Assembly (NCBI GenBank): GCA_965220745.1
Contig: CBDCQT010000012.1
Coordinates: 544,001 to 608,000 of the forward strand
Source: Alphaproteobacteria bacterium
GTDB lineage: Bacteria > Pseudomonadota > Alphaproteobacteria > UBA828
Direction: 5' to 3'
DNA length: 64,000 bases
Notes under the pieces: generated by a model
The model's input: the letters and a program-made list of their open reading frames with translations, nothing else
Database searches by the model: none
What the model was told of the DNA's origin: nothing
Translations under genes and position numbers: made by a program
In this document: positions 18,435-27,696 of the stretch, one piece after another
Layout: each line of letters starts with the position of its first letter
Numbering within the stretch: the first letter of the stretch is position 1

Positions 18435-18509
18435 TGGTGACCCCTACGGGAATTGAACCCGTGTCTCCACCTTGAAAGAGTGGTGTCCTAACCTCTAGAC
18501 GAAGGGGTC
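18435..18509 (-). tRNA. tRNA-Glu (TTC)
   Basis: Reverse complement folds as a cloverleaf: acceptor GACCCCT/AGGGGTC-A-CCA, anticodon loop CT-TTC-AA, T-loop TTCAATT. Confidence 0.97.
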
Positions 18510-18563
18510 AGCGCGTCAATCGGCGCTATGTAGCTGGCGTGGTGCCTCGAAATCAAGGGGCGA

Positions 18564-20375
18564 TCAAGGATCGGATGGCGGGGGCGCCGGAGCGCCGTCG
18601 TCAATGTGCAGCTCGACGGCGCGGGCGCCCCGGCGCCGGTCGAGGCGGAGCCGGCCCGCCAGGTGGAAGGGGTGCTCCGCGCCCGCCAGCAGCGCGTGGC
18701 CCAGGGCGTTGTCGGCGGCGCGGAAGGCGATGCCCTTGAGCCGCTTGCCCGAGCGGCCGGCAAGCTGGCAGCGCACGTGGCCGCGGCCCACGATATCCGC
18801 GCGCAGCAGCTGGGCGCCGGCAATGGCGAAGCGGGGCTCCGGGTTGCCGGCGCCATAGGGGCCGGCGGCCTCCAGCATCTCCAGCAGGTCCGCCGTCGCG
18901 CCCTCGACGCTGAGCGCGCCGTCGAGGCCGAGGGTCGGCGTGCGCTCGGTTTCGTCCGCGTCCACGCCCAGGCGCTGATGCAGGAATTCCTCCAGCGGTG
19001 AGAGCTTCGCTTTCTCCACGGTGAAGCCCGCCGCCATCGGGTGGCCGCCGCCGTTGACCAGCAACCCTGCCTGGCGCGCGGCCGTGATTGCGGCGCCGAT
19101 ATCGACGCCCGGCACCGAGCGACAGGACGCCTTGCCGACACCGTCCGCGCCATCCTCCCAGGCGACGACCACCGCCGGCCGGTTGTAGCGCTCCTTCAGC
19201 CGGCTCGCGACGATGCCGATGACGCCGGCATGCCAGCGCTCGTCGTGGGCGAGGACCAGGGGCGCCGACGCAACATCTCCACCGTTTGCCGTCTCGACCT
19301 GCTCGATGGCCTCCTCCAGCACCGCCTGCTCGATCGCTTGACGCTCGCGGTTGAGCGCGTCGAGGTGCTGGGCGATCTCCTTGGCCTTGTCGTCATCCTC
19401 TGTGGTCAGCAGGCGCGCGCCCAGGCTGGCTTCGCCGACCCGGCCGCCGGCATTGACGCGCGGCCCGAGGATGAAGCCCAGGTGATAGACCCCCGGCGGC
19501 TCCTCCAGGCCGGCGACGTCGCCGAGCGCCCTGAGCCCCACGTTGCGGCGCTGGCGCATCATCGTGAGACCCTGGCGCACGAAGGCGCGGTTGACGCCGG
19601 TAAGCGGCACCACGTCGCAGACAGTGCCGAGCGCCACCAGATCGAGCCATTGCAGGAGGTCCGGCTCTTCCCGGTCGCGGTACCAGCCCGCCTCGCGCAG
19701 GTGCCGGTTGAGCCCCACGACAAGCAGGAAGGCCACCCCCACGGCGGCGAGCTGGCGGTGCGGGCTCTCGTCATCCAGCCGGTTGGGGTCGATCACGGCG
19801 CAGGCCTGGGGCAGCCGCGCTTCGGCCACGTGGTGGTCGACCACGATCACGTCGAGCCCGGCGTCGGCGGCGTCTTCGAGTGCGTCGAAGGCGCTGATCC
19901 CGCAATCCACCGTGATGACCACGCGCACCTCCTGCGCCGCCAGCATCCGCATGGCGGTGGCATTCGGGCCGTAGCCCTCGCGCAGGCGGTCGGGGATGTA
20001 GATGGTCGGCGGATGGGCGACGGCCTCGAAGAATCGGCTGAGCAGCGCGGCCGAGGTCGCGCCGTCCACGTCGTAGTCGCCGAAGATCGCGATTTTCTCG
20101 CCCGCCTCCAGCGCGCCTGCGAGCCGCGCGATGGCCCGCTCCATGTCATTGAGGTGGAGCGGATCGGGCAGCAGCCGGCGCAGCGTCGGGTCGAGGTAGT
20201 CCGGCGCATCTTCCGCCGCGATGCCGCGGGCCGCGAGCACACGCCCGACCAGCTCCGGCACCTCGATGGCCTGGGCAAGCGAGAGGCCGGCCATCGAATC
20301 GTCCAGCCTCGCGCGCCAGCGCTTGCCGAGCAGCGACCGCTCGACCCCGAGCATCGCCGCCCCGTCGTTCATCAC
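18564..20375 (-). CDS. recJ: Single-stranded DNA exonuclease RecJ
   Basis: GDYDVDG, PDRLREGYG, TVDCG, DHH, GPRVNAGGR and GGGHPMAAG motifs. Confidence 0.97.
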   Translation of the reverse strand: MMNDGAAMLGVERSLLGKRWRARLDDSMAGLSLAQAIEVPELVGRVLAARGIAAEDAPDYLDPTLRRLLPDPLHLNDMERAIARLAGALEAGEKIAIFGDYDVDGATSAALLSRFFEAVAHPPTIYIPDRLREGYGPNATAMRMLAAQEVRVVITVDCGISAFDALEDAADAGLDVIVVDHHVAEARLPQACAVIDPNRLDDESPHRQLAAVGVAFLLVVGLNRHLREAGWYRDREEPDLLQWLDLVALGTVCDVVPLTGVNRAFVRQGLTMMRQRRNVGLRALGDVAGLEEPPGVYHLGFILGPRVNAGGRVGEASLGARLLTTEDDDKAKEIAQHLDALNRERQAIEQAVLEEAIEQVETANGGDVASAPLVLAHDERWHAGVIGIVASRLKERYNRPAVVVAWEDGADGVGKASCRSVPGVDIGAAITAARQAGLLVNGGGHPMAAGFTVEKAKLSPLEEFLHQRLGVDADETERTPTLGLDGALSVEGATADLLEMLEAAGPYGAGNPEPRFAIAGAQLLRADIVGRGHVRCQLAGRSGKRLKGIAFRAADNALGHALLAGAEHPFHLAGRLRLDRRRGARAVELHIDDGAPAPPPSDP

Positions 20376-20408
20376 TTCGCTCTACACGGTGGAGGTTGGG
20401 AGGACGTG

Positions 20409-20624
20409 CCCCCACCTCACCCCGACCCTCTCCTCCCCCCGGGGGGAGGAGAGGGATAATTTGCCATTGCCGTCTACGACCTCTCTCCGCCCTGTCGGGC
20501 CGCAGGCCCGGAGCGCGCGACTGCGCGCCGCGCCGTATGGCGCGAAAGCCAAGCGAGCGGAGCGAGCGCCCGGCGATTGAGGGAAATGCATAAGCCGGGA
20601 GAGGGACAGGGAGAGGTGGGGGGG
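20409..20624. repeat. Inverted REP/RIME-like doublet
   Basis: cccccacctcaccccgaccctctc and an inverted copy ending ~20622; perfect 30-bp palindrome at 20426-20455. Confidence 0.75.
20496..20593. repeat. Dispersed ~95-bp multi-hairpin intergenic repeat, copy B
   Basis: Homologous to 1608-1704, same orientation. Confidence 0.85.
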
Positions 20625-20640
20625 TCGCAGCGGAGTCACA

Positions 20641-21627
20641 TCACGCGCCGATGCGCTCGGGCGCGCGGGAGAAATCGTGCTCGGCCTCGATCATGCGCAC
20701 GGTGCCGGTGCGCGAGCGCATGACCACCGAGCTGGTGCGCGCGCCGTGGGGCAGCCGCGAGACGCCGCGCAACATCGCGCCGTCGGTCACGCCGGTCGCG
20801 CAGAACATCACCTCGCCGCCGGCAAGCTCGTGCAGGGTGTACTTGCGCTTGAGATCGGTGACGCCCATCGCCCGCGCGCGCCTCTTCTCGTCGTCGTTGC
20901 GGAAAACCAGGCGGCCCATCATCTGGCCGCCGATGCAGCGAAGCGCCGCGGCGGCAAGCACCCCTTCGGGCGCACCGCCGATCCCCATGTAGATGTCGAC
21001 GGTGCGGTTGAGCCGCGTGGTCGCGATCACGCCGGCGACGTCGCCGTCCCGGATCAGCTGGATGCGCGCCCTGGTCTCGCGCACCTTGGCGATGAGCTCC
21101 TCGTGCCGGGGCCGGTCCAGGATCAGGACGGTCAGCTCGTTGACATCGCAGTCCTTCGCCTTGGCGAGCTTGGTCAGTGTGGTGGCCGGCGGGTCGTCGA
21201 GATCGACCAGCTCGTCCGGCAGCCCGTCGCCCACGGCGATCTTGTCCATGTAGGTGTCCGGCGCGGCGAGGAAGCCGCCTTTTTCCGCCATCGCCAGCAC
21301 GGCGAGCGCGTTGGGGCCGCCGGTGGCGCAGATGGTGGTCCCCTCAAGCGGGTCGAGCGCGACATCCAGGCTGGGCCCCTTGCCGGTGCCGACGGTCTCA
21401 CCGATGAAGAGCATCGGCGCCTCGTCCCGCTCGCCTTCGCCGATCACCACAGTGCCATCGATGTCGAGCGCGTTGAGGCCGCGCCGCATGGCATCGACGG
21501 CGGCCTGATCGGCGGCCATCTCGTCGCCGCGGCCGATCAGCCGGGCCGCCGCGCGGGCTGCGGCCTCGGTCACGCGCACCGCGTCCAGCGCCAGGTTGCG
21601 GTCGAGGGAGATCGCCTCCTCTGCCAT
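20641..21627 (-). CDS. glpX: Fructose-1,6-bisphosphatase class II
   Basis: VIGEGERDEAPML, DPLEGT, PDTYMDK, GGAPEGV and ATGVTDG motifs. Confidence 0.97.
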   Translation of the reverse strand: MAEEAISLDRNLALDAVRVTEAAARAAARLIGRGDEMAADQAAVDAMRRGLNALDIDGTVVIGEGERDEAPMLFIGETVGTGKGPSLDVALDPLEGTTICATGGPNALAVLAMAEKGGFLAAPDTYMDKIAVGDGLPDELVDLDDPPATTLTKLAKAKDCDVNELTVLILDRPRHEELIAKVRETRARIQLIRDGDVAGVIATTRLNRTVDIYMGIGGAPEGVLAAAALRCIGGQMMGRLVFRNDDEKRRARAMGVTDLKRKYTLHELAGGEVMFCATGVTDGAMLRGVSRLPHGARTSSVVMRSRTGTVRMIEAEHDFSRAPERIGA

Positions 21628-21636
21628 GGGCGCCCC

Positions 21637-22944
21637 CTAGAACGCTTCGATCCGGATCATGCGCGGCGGCTCCAGCACCGTGTCGAGGCGGTCGATGGCG
21701 GCGAGCGCGTTCACCACCGCCGCTTCCTGCGCCTCGTGGGTGGTGAGCACCACGGGCACCAGCTCGCCGGGGTTCCGTCCGCGTTGCAGCATGGCCTCCA
21801 CGGAGACCTGCTCGTCGCGCAGGCAGGCGGCGATGCCGGCAATCACGCCTGGCTTGTCCACCACCATCAGGCGAATGTAGTAGGCGCCGACGTGGTGGTC
21901 CATGGGCTTCGCGGCTGGCCGGGCCGTGCCCGCTGCCCCGGCGGGGAAGGCCGGCATGATCTGCCCGCGCGCGATGTCCGCGAGGTCGGCGACCACGGCC
22001 GATGCGGTCGGGCCCGCACCGGCGCCCGGCCCCTCGAACAGCGCGCTGCCGATCCGATCGCCCTCCGCCACCACGGCGTTGAAGACGCCGTCAACGCGGG
22101 CGATGGGCGCCGTCTCGCGGATCATGCAGGGGTGCACGCGCTGGGTGACCGCTACCTCATCGGCGCGGGTGATTCCCAGGAGCTTGACCCTGTAGCCGAG
22201 CTCGATGGCGAAGCCGATGTCGAGCGTGCTAACGTGGCGAATGCCCTCGACATGCACGGCGCCGAAGTCGACCTGGCAGCCGAAGACGACGCTGGTGAGG
22301 ATCGCGAGCTTGTGGGCCGCGTCGATGCCGTCGATATCGGTCGAAGGGTCGGCCTCCGCGTAGCCGAGCTCCTGCGCCTCCTGCAGCACGGAGGCGAAAT
22401 CGCGCGCCTGGCCGGCTCGCACCGACTCGTGCATCGCGGTCATGATGTAGTTGCAGGTGCCGTTCAGGATGCCGTAGACGCCGCCGATCCGATTGCCGGC
22501 GAGGCCCTCGCGCAGCGCCTTGACGATGGGGATGCCGCCGGCGACCGCGGCCTCGTAGCCGAGATGGCGGTCCGCCTGCTGGGCCGCGTCCGCGAGCGCC
22601 GCACCGTGATGGGCGAGCAGGGCCTTGTTCGCGGTCACCAGGTGCTTGCCGTTGGCGAAGGCGGCCTTGGAGAGCGCCCGCGCGATCCCTTCCGAGCCAC
22701 CGATCAGCTCGACCACGACATCGACGTCCGGGTGAGCGGCGAGCGCCCGCGCATCGTCCCGCCAGTCGAGACCGTCGAGCGGGACCCCGCGATCCTTGCC
22801 CCTGTCGCGCGACGAGACCGCGACCGCCTCGATCGGCCGGCCCGTGCGTTGTTCGAGCAGCGCAGCGTTGTCGCGCAGCAGGGCCAGCACGCCGCAGCCG
22901 ACCGTACCCAGCCCGGCGACGCCGATACGTAGCGGTTCAGGCAT
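21637..22944 (-). CDS. hom: Homoserine dehydrogenase (with C-terminal ACT domain)
   Basis: GLGTVG, VTANKA, EAAVAGGIP, GILNGTCNYI, GYAEADP and GAGAGPTASAV motifs. Confidence 0.97.
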   Translation of the reverse strand: MPEPLRIGVAGLGTVGCGVLALLRDNAALLEQRTGRPIEAVAVSSRDRGKDRGVPLDGLDWRDDARALAAHPDVDVVVELIGGSEGIARALSKAAFANGKHLVTANKALLAHHGAALADAAQQADRHLGYEAAVAGGIPIVKALREGLAGNRIGGVYGILNGTCNYIMTAMHESVRAGQARDFASVLQEAQELGYAEADPSTDIDGIDAAHKLAILTSVVFGCQVDFGAVHVEGIRHVSTLDIGFAIELGYRVKLLGITRADEVAVTQRVHPCMIRETAPIARVDGVFNAVVAEGDRIGSALFEGPGAGAGPTASAVVADLADIARGQIMPAFPAGAAGTARPAAKPMDHHVGAYYIRLMVVDKPGVIAGIAACLRDEQVSVEAMLQRGRNPGELVPVVLTTHEAQEAAVVNALAAIDRLDTVLEPPRMIRIEAF

Positions 22945-23165
22945 AGGAATATTCTTCTTTCAGGTTGGTCTGTGGCGTCGGGTCAACGCGGCCGGCCGAT
23001 CCACGACCGCCCGGCACACAGTGGGGGCGACGGGTCACGACAGGGGAGGGGTCTCGGCGGGCCGGTCGCGAGACGAGGGGTACGACACGCCAGCGGCTGC
23101 CGGCGCGCCGTTGGTACGGTCGAGCAAGACGCCCAGCAGGATCATCCGCCGTTCGCTGCTGCAGG

Positions 23166-23531
23166 CTACTCGGTTTCCTCTGCCGGCTGATACACGGCGC
23201 GAACTTGCGTCATCGGCTCTTCCGACTCCACCCGCGCACGGAGCTCCTCGGCCGTGTGTTGCGCCTTCTCGCGGTCCGCTACCAGGCCGGCGGTCAGCTC
23301 GACACGCTCTTCCGCACTCGAAACGGCGGGCGCCTCGCTCGGCACTTCGCTAACGGAGCGGTAGGAGTCGTCGTCATCGGACACCGCATCGCCGGCGAAG
23401 ATCTCGTCGTCGTCCTCGACATAGCTGAACAGGTCGCCGATGTAATCGGTCGTGTCCTCGACCGCCGTGCATCCGGTCACGATGAGGCCAAGAGCAAGCG
23501 GCGCGATCGCGAGGAGCGCGAGTGGCCGCAT
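23166..23531 (-). CDS. Hypothetical acidic lipoprotein
   Basis: Hydrophobic signal ending in VTGC lipobox; start placed at MRPLALL. Confidence 0.65.
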   Translation of the reverse strand: MRPLALLAIAPLALGLIVTGCTAVEDTTDYIGDLFSYVEDDDEIFAGDAVSDDDDSYRSVSEVPSEAPAVSSAEERVELTAGLVADREKAQHTAEELRARVESEEPMTQVRAVYQPAEETE

Positions 23532-23742
23532 CCGTTGCCGCCTGAGAGTGGGTGTGGTCGCCTGATGGCCCTGGGAATCGTGCATGGGGAATTCTCCTGG
23601 TTGGCTGGCGATGCCCTGCAACCGCCAGCGTTGAGCACGGTCCGACTCGTGGGTAGCATATACGCAATTCAGATCATTCGCATTGGCGGGCGGCGGCCGA
23701 CAGGCGCGCCTGCCGACCCACCCCTCACGGATACGGCTCACG

Positions 23743-25536
23743 ATGCCTGACGACCCGCCCGCCGCAGACGCGACGGAACACGACATGGCCGACCAACTCG
23801 CCGCCATTGCGCAGCAAAGCCAGCGGATCGCGGCGCGTTTCCTGAGCGGGCAGCGCGCGGCGGGCGCCGGGACGGCCTCGGACCCGCTCAACCTGAGCGC
23901 CGCCCTGGGGGCGATGGCGCGAAGCCTGGCCGAGGACCCCTCGCCGCTGATCGACGCCCAGATGAAGTGGTGGGACGGCTATCTCAGGCTGTGGCAGCAA
24001 GGCGCTCAGCGGCTGCAAGGCGAGGAGCCGGCCCAGCCGGTGGCCGCGCCCGAGCCCGATGACCGGCGCTTTCGCGATCCTGCCTGGACCGAGAGCTGGG
24101 TCTTCGATCACCTGAAGCAATCGTACCTGCTGACCGCCGCCTGCATGCAGTCGGCTGTGGGGAACCTGCGCGGCCTCGACGAGAAGGACGCCGCCAAGCT
24201 CGCCTTATACACGCGCCAGTTCGTCGATTCGCTGGCGCCGACCAATTTCCTCGCCACCAACCCCGCGGCACTCAAGGAGACCGCCGAGACCAGGGGCGAG
24301 AACCTGTTCAGGGGCCTGCGCAACGTGCTCGACGATTTGGAGCGCAACGAGGGCCGGTTCGCGCCGCGCATGTCGGACGAGGACCACTTCGTCCTGGGCG
24401 AGACCATCGCCACGACGCCAGGAAAGGTCGTCTTCCAGAACGAGTTGATGCAGCTGATCCAGTACGCGCCGGGCACGGAGACGGTGTATCGCCGGCCGCT
24501 CCTGATCGTGCCGCCCTGGATCAACAAGTACTACGTGCTCGATCTGCGGCCGAAGAACTCCTTCGTCCGATGGGCCGTATCGAAGGGCTACACGGTCTTC
24601 ATGATCTCGTGGGTCAACCCGGACGAGCGCCTCGCGGAGAAGACCTTCGAGGACTACATGGTGGAAGGCCCGCTGGCCGCACTCGATGCGATCGAGCAAG
24701 CGACGGGCGAGCGCGATGTTGCGGCGATCGGCTACTGCCTGGGCGGCACGCTCACGGCAGCGACGCTCGCCTATCTCGCGGCGCGGGGCGACAAGCGGAT
24801 CAGGAGCGCCACCTTCTTCGCCTCCCTCGTGGATTTTGCCGAGCCCGGCGAGCTCGGCGTCTTCATCGACGACGCCCAGCTCGAGTCGCTGGAAGCCATG
24901 ATGGCGGAGAAGGGCTATCTCGACGGCCGTCACATGGCGACGACCTTCAATATGCTGCGCGCCAACGACCTGATCTGGTCCTTCGTGGTCAACAACTACC
25001 TGCTCGGCCGCGAGCCGCTGCCCTTCGACCTGCTCTTCTGGAACGCGGATTCGACCCGGATGCCGGCGGCGATGCACGGCTTCTACCTGCGCAAGATGTA
25101 TCAGGAGAACCTGCTGGCTCGGCCGGAGGGCCTGAGCCTCGCCGGCGTCCCCATCGACCTCGGCCGCATCGACATCCCGACCTATATCGTGGCGACGCGG
25201 GAGGACCACATCGCGCCGTGGCAGTCCTGCTTCGCCGCGTGCGGGCTCTATCGGGGGCAGCGCCGCTTCGTGCTCGGCGCCTCCGGCCATATCGCCGGTA
25301 TCATCAACCCGCCCAAGGCCGGCAAGTACGGCTACTGGACCGGGCCGGTCGTGGAGGCGCAGGACGCCGATGCATGGCTCGCCGCCGCCGAGCACCACGA
25401 GGGCTCGTGGTGGAACGACTGGCACGCCTGGCAGCGCCGCCGCTCAGGCGGCAAGAAGGTGCCGGCGCGTGTGCCCGGCGACGGCGCGCTCAGGCTGATC
25501 GAGGACGCGCCGGGCGCCTACGTCTTGGCGAGCTAG
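23743..25536 (+). CDS. phaC: Class I polyhydroxyalkanoate synthase
   Basis: DRRF, PPWINKYYVLDL, GYCLGG lipase box, DHIAPW and SGHIAG motifs. Confidence 0.97.
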   Translation: MPDDPPAADATEHDMADQLAAIAQQSQRIAARFLSGQRAAGAGTASDPLNLSAALGAMARSLAEDPSPLIDAQMKWWDGYLRLWQQGAQRLQGEEPAQPVAAPEPDDRRFRDPAWTESWVFDHLKQSYLLTAACMQSAVGNLRGLDEKDAAKLALYTRQFVDSLAPTNFLATNPAALKETAETRGENLFRGLRNVLDDLERNEGRFAPRMSDEDHFVLGETIATTPGKVVFQNELMQLIQYAPGTETVYRRPLLIVPPWINKYYVLDLRPKNSFVRWAVSKGYTVFMISWVNPDERLAEKTFEDYMVEGPLAALDAIEQATGERDVAAIGYCLGGTLTAATLAYLAARGDKRIRSATFFASLVDFAEPGELGVFIDDAQLESLEAMMAEKGYLDGRHMATTFNMLRANDLIWSFVVNNYLLGREPLPFDLLFWNADSTRMPAAMHGFYLRKMYQENLLARPEGLSLAGVPIDLGRIDIPTYIVATREDHIAPWQSCFAACGLYRGQRRFVLGASGHIAGIINPPKAGKYGYWTGPVVEAQDADAWLAAAEHHEGSWWNDWHAWQRRRSGGKKVPARVPGDGALRLIEDAPGAYVLAS

Positions 25537-26083
25537 GGGCGGGTGCCCGCTGCGGCGGGCCCGAGGATGCCCGGTATTCGCCGGCACGGTTCGCGTAGCG
25601 CCGGGCGATGGTGGTGATGGTTTCGCGCTCCGCGTTGCTCACCATGCGCACCGCCTTCGCGGGCCGGCCCATCCACATCTCGCCGCTCTTGACCCGCTTG
25701 CCCGGTGTCACCAGCGCGCCGGCGGCAACCCACGCGCCGCTCTCCACCACCGCGAAGTCCATCACGGTGGCGCCCATGCCGATCATGCAGGCGTCCTCCA
25801 GGATGCAGGCGTGCAGCAGGCACATGTGGCCCACCACCACGTCGTCTCCGATGAGCGTGGGGCCGTCTGCCGTGGCGGTATGGATGATCGTTCCGTCCTG
25901 GACGTTGCTGCGTGCGCCCATGCGGATGTAGTTCACGTCGCCGCGCAAGACACAGTTGAACCAGATGCTCGACTGCGCCCCCATGATGACGTCGCCGATC
26001 ACGGTGCTGCCGGCCGCGACGAAGGCGCTCGGCGCCACCTGGGGCCAGCGGTGGCGATAGGGGAGCAGCAGGCCGGCGGACAT
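25490..26083 (-). CDS. Gamma carbonic anhydrase family protein
   Basis: LRGDV, NVQDG, three His ligands (IIH, VGH, LHAC) and hexapeptide repeats. Confidence 0.92.
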   Translation of the reverse strand: MSAGLLLPYRHRWPQVAPSAFVAAGSTVIGDVIMGAQSSIWFNCVLRGDVNYIRMGARSNVQDGTIIHTATADGPTLIGDDVVVGHMCLLHACILEDACMIGMGATVMDFAVVESGAWVAAGALVTPGKRVKSGEMWMGRPAKAVRMVSNAERETITTIARRYANRAGEYRASSGPPQRAPAPSSPRRRRPARPRSA

Positions 26084-26097
26084 AGGCTCCCGTCTCG

Positions 26098-27156
26098 CTA
26101 AGGAAAGAGCGGCGCCTGCTCGAGCCCGGTCGTCTCCGGCAGGGCGTGCATCAGGTTCATGTTCTGAATCGCCTGGCCCGAGGCGCCCTTGACCAGATTG
26201 TCGATGGCCGAGATCAGGATCGCGCGCCCCTCGATCCGGTCGTCGAAGACCCCGATGAGGCAGTGGTTGGAGCCCCGCACGTGGCGTGTCGCCGGCGCCG
26301 TGCCCGCAGGTAGCACGCGCACGAACGGCTCGTCCGCGTAGCGCCGGGCGAGGGCTTCGCGCAGGGCATCGGCGCCCGCGCTGCTGCGCACGTAGATCGT
26401 CGCCAGAATGCCTCGGTTCATCGGCATGAGGTGGGGCGTGAAGTTGACCCGTACCGGCGCGCCAGCCGCGGCCGAGAGCCCTTGCTCGATCTCGGGCGCG
26501 TGGCGGTGGGCGGCGATGCCGTAGGCGTGCACGCCTTCGCCGACCTCGGCGAAGAGGCTTCCCTGCTTGGCCTCGCGCCCGGCGCCGGAAACGCCCGACT
26601 TGGCGTCGATGATGATGTCGTCGCTCTCGATCAGCCCGTCTTCGAGCAGCGGCGCCAACGGCAGCTGCGCGGAGGTCGGGTAGCAGCCGGGGTTCGCCAC
26701 CAGGCGGGCGCTGCGGACCTCCTCACGCGCGAGCTCGGTAAGTCCGTAGACCGCCTCGGCCTGAAGCGCGACGGCGCCGTGCGCCCGCCCATACCATGCG
26801 GCATAGACCTCGGGGTCGGCGAGCCGGAAGTCGGCCGACAGGTCCACGACCTTCAGGTGCTCGGGGAGCGCGGCAATGACCTCCTGCGTGGTGCCGTGAG
26901 GCAGGCAGCAGAAGACCGCGTCCAGCGCATCCCAGCCGGCGTCCTCGATCTTGACGAGGTCGGGGAAACCCGCGCCGTCGAGATGGGGGAAGACTGCGCC
27001 CAGGCTCTGGCCCGCGCGGCGTTCGGCGGTCAGCAAGCCGACCGAGAAGCCGTCGTGATGCGCCAGCAGGCGCAGCAGCTCGCCGCCGGTATAGCCGCTC
27101 GCGCCGAGCACGCCGACGCGCGCGGTGTTGCCCGTGCCTGAGGAGGAGGGGCTCAT
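26098..27156 (-). CDS. argC: N-acetyl-gamma-glutamyl-phosphate reductase
   Basis: GASGYTG, DLSADFRL, NPGCYPT, SGVSGAGR and DNLVKGASGQA motifs. Confidence 0.97.
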   Translation of the reverse strand: MSPSSSGTGNTARVGVLGASGYTGGELLRLLAHHDGFSVGLLTAERRAGQSLGAVFPHLDGAGFPDLVKIEDAGWDALDAVFCCLPHGTTQEVIAALPEHLKVVDLSADFRLADPEVYAAWYGRAHGAVALQAEAVYGLTELAREEVRSARLVANPGCYPTSAQLPLAPLLEDGLIESDDIIIDAKSGVSGAGREAKQGSLFAEVGEGVHAYGIAAHRHAPEIEQGLSAAAGAPVRVNFTPHLMPMNRGILATIYVRSSAGADALREALARRYADEPFVRVLPAGTAPATRHVRGSNHCLIGVFDDRIEGRAILISAIDNLVKGASGQAIQNMNLMHALPETTGLEQAPLFP

Positions 27157-27213
27157 GGGTAGCCTGTTTCGATCGCGAAAGCCGGAGGTAAAGGCGCGCC
27201 GGCGACGCCTGAC

Positions 27214-27696
27214 TTAACGCTTCGAGAACTGGAAGCTGCGGCGGGCCTTGCGCTTGCCGTACTTCTTGCGCTCCACGACGCGGCTGTCGCGGGTGAGGAA
27301 GCCGCCGGACTTGAGCATCTTGCGCAGCTCCGGCTCGCGCGCTGCAAGCGCCCGGCTGATCCCGTGACGCAGCGCTCCGGCCTGGCCCGAGAGGCCGCCG
27401 CCCTTGACCGTGCAGATGACGTCGTACTGGGTGCGGCGCCCGACCAGCTCCGCCGGTTGGTTGATGATCATCCGAAGCGCTGGGCGGGCGAAATAGTCCT
27501 CCACCGGGCGCTTGTTGACCGTGATCGTGCCGATGCCGGGCCGCAGCCACACGCGCGCCACCGCGTCCTTGCGCTTGCCGGTCGAGTAGGTGCGGCCGAG
27601 CCGGTCGATCTGCGGCTCCGGCTCGATGTCGGCGTCGGGCCGGGCGACCTCGCCAAGCTCGGCGAGGCTGGTCAGGGTCTTCGGCTCGTCAACCAC
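27214..27696 (-). CDS. rpsI: 30S ribosomal protein S9
   Basis: [26 protein letters not shown] and C-terminal QFSKR. Confidence 0.98.
   Translation of the reverse strand: MVDEPKTLTSLAELGEVARPDADIEPEPQIDRLGRTYSTGKRKDAVARVWLRPGIGTITVNKRPVEDYFARPALRMIINQPAELVGRRTQYDVICTVKGGGLSGQAGALRHGISRALAAREPELRKMLKSGGFLTRDSRVVERKKYGKRKARRSFQFSKR

Larger units (their letters stand above)
4512..18448. mobile_element. Genomic island integrated at tRNA-Glu 3' end (no integrase retained)
   Basis: 16-bp direct repeat at both ends; contains TA genes, pseudogenes and AT-richer segments; lies downstream of the minus-strand tRNA. Confidence 0.8.

Noticed and set aside
22945-23165. Possible SAM or lysine riboswitch or attenuator ahead of hom
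   Set aside because: No recognisable consensus or leader peptide by eye; an Rfam scan would be needed
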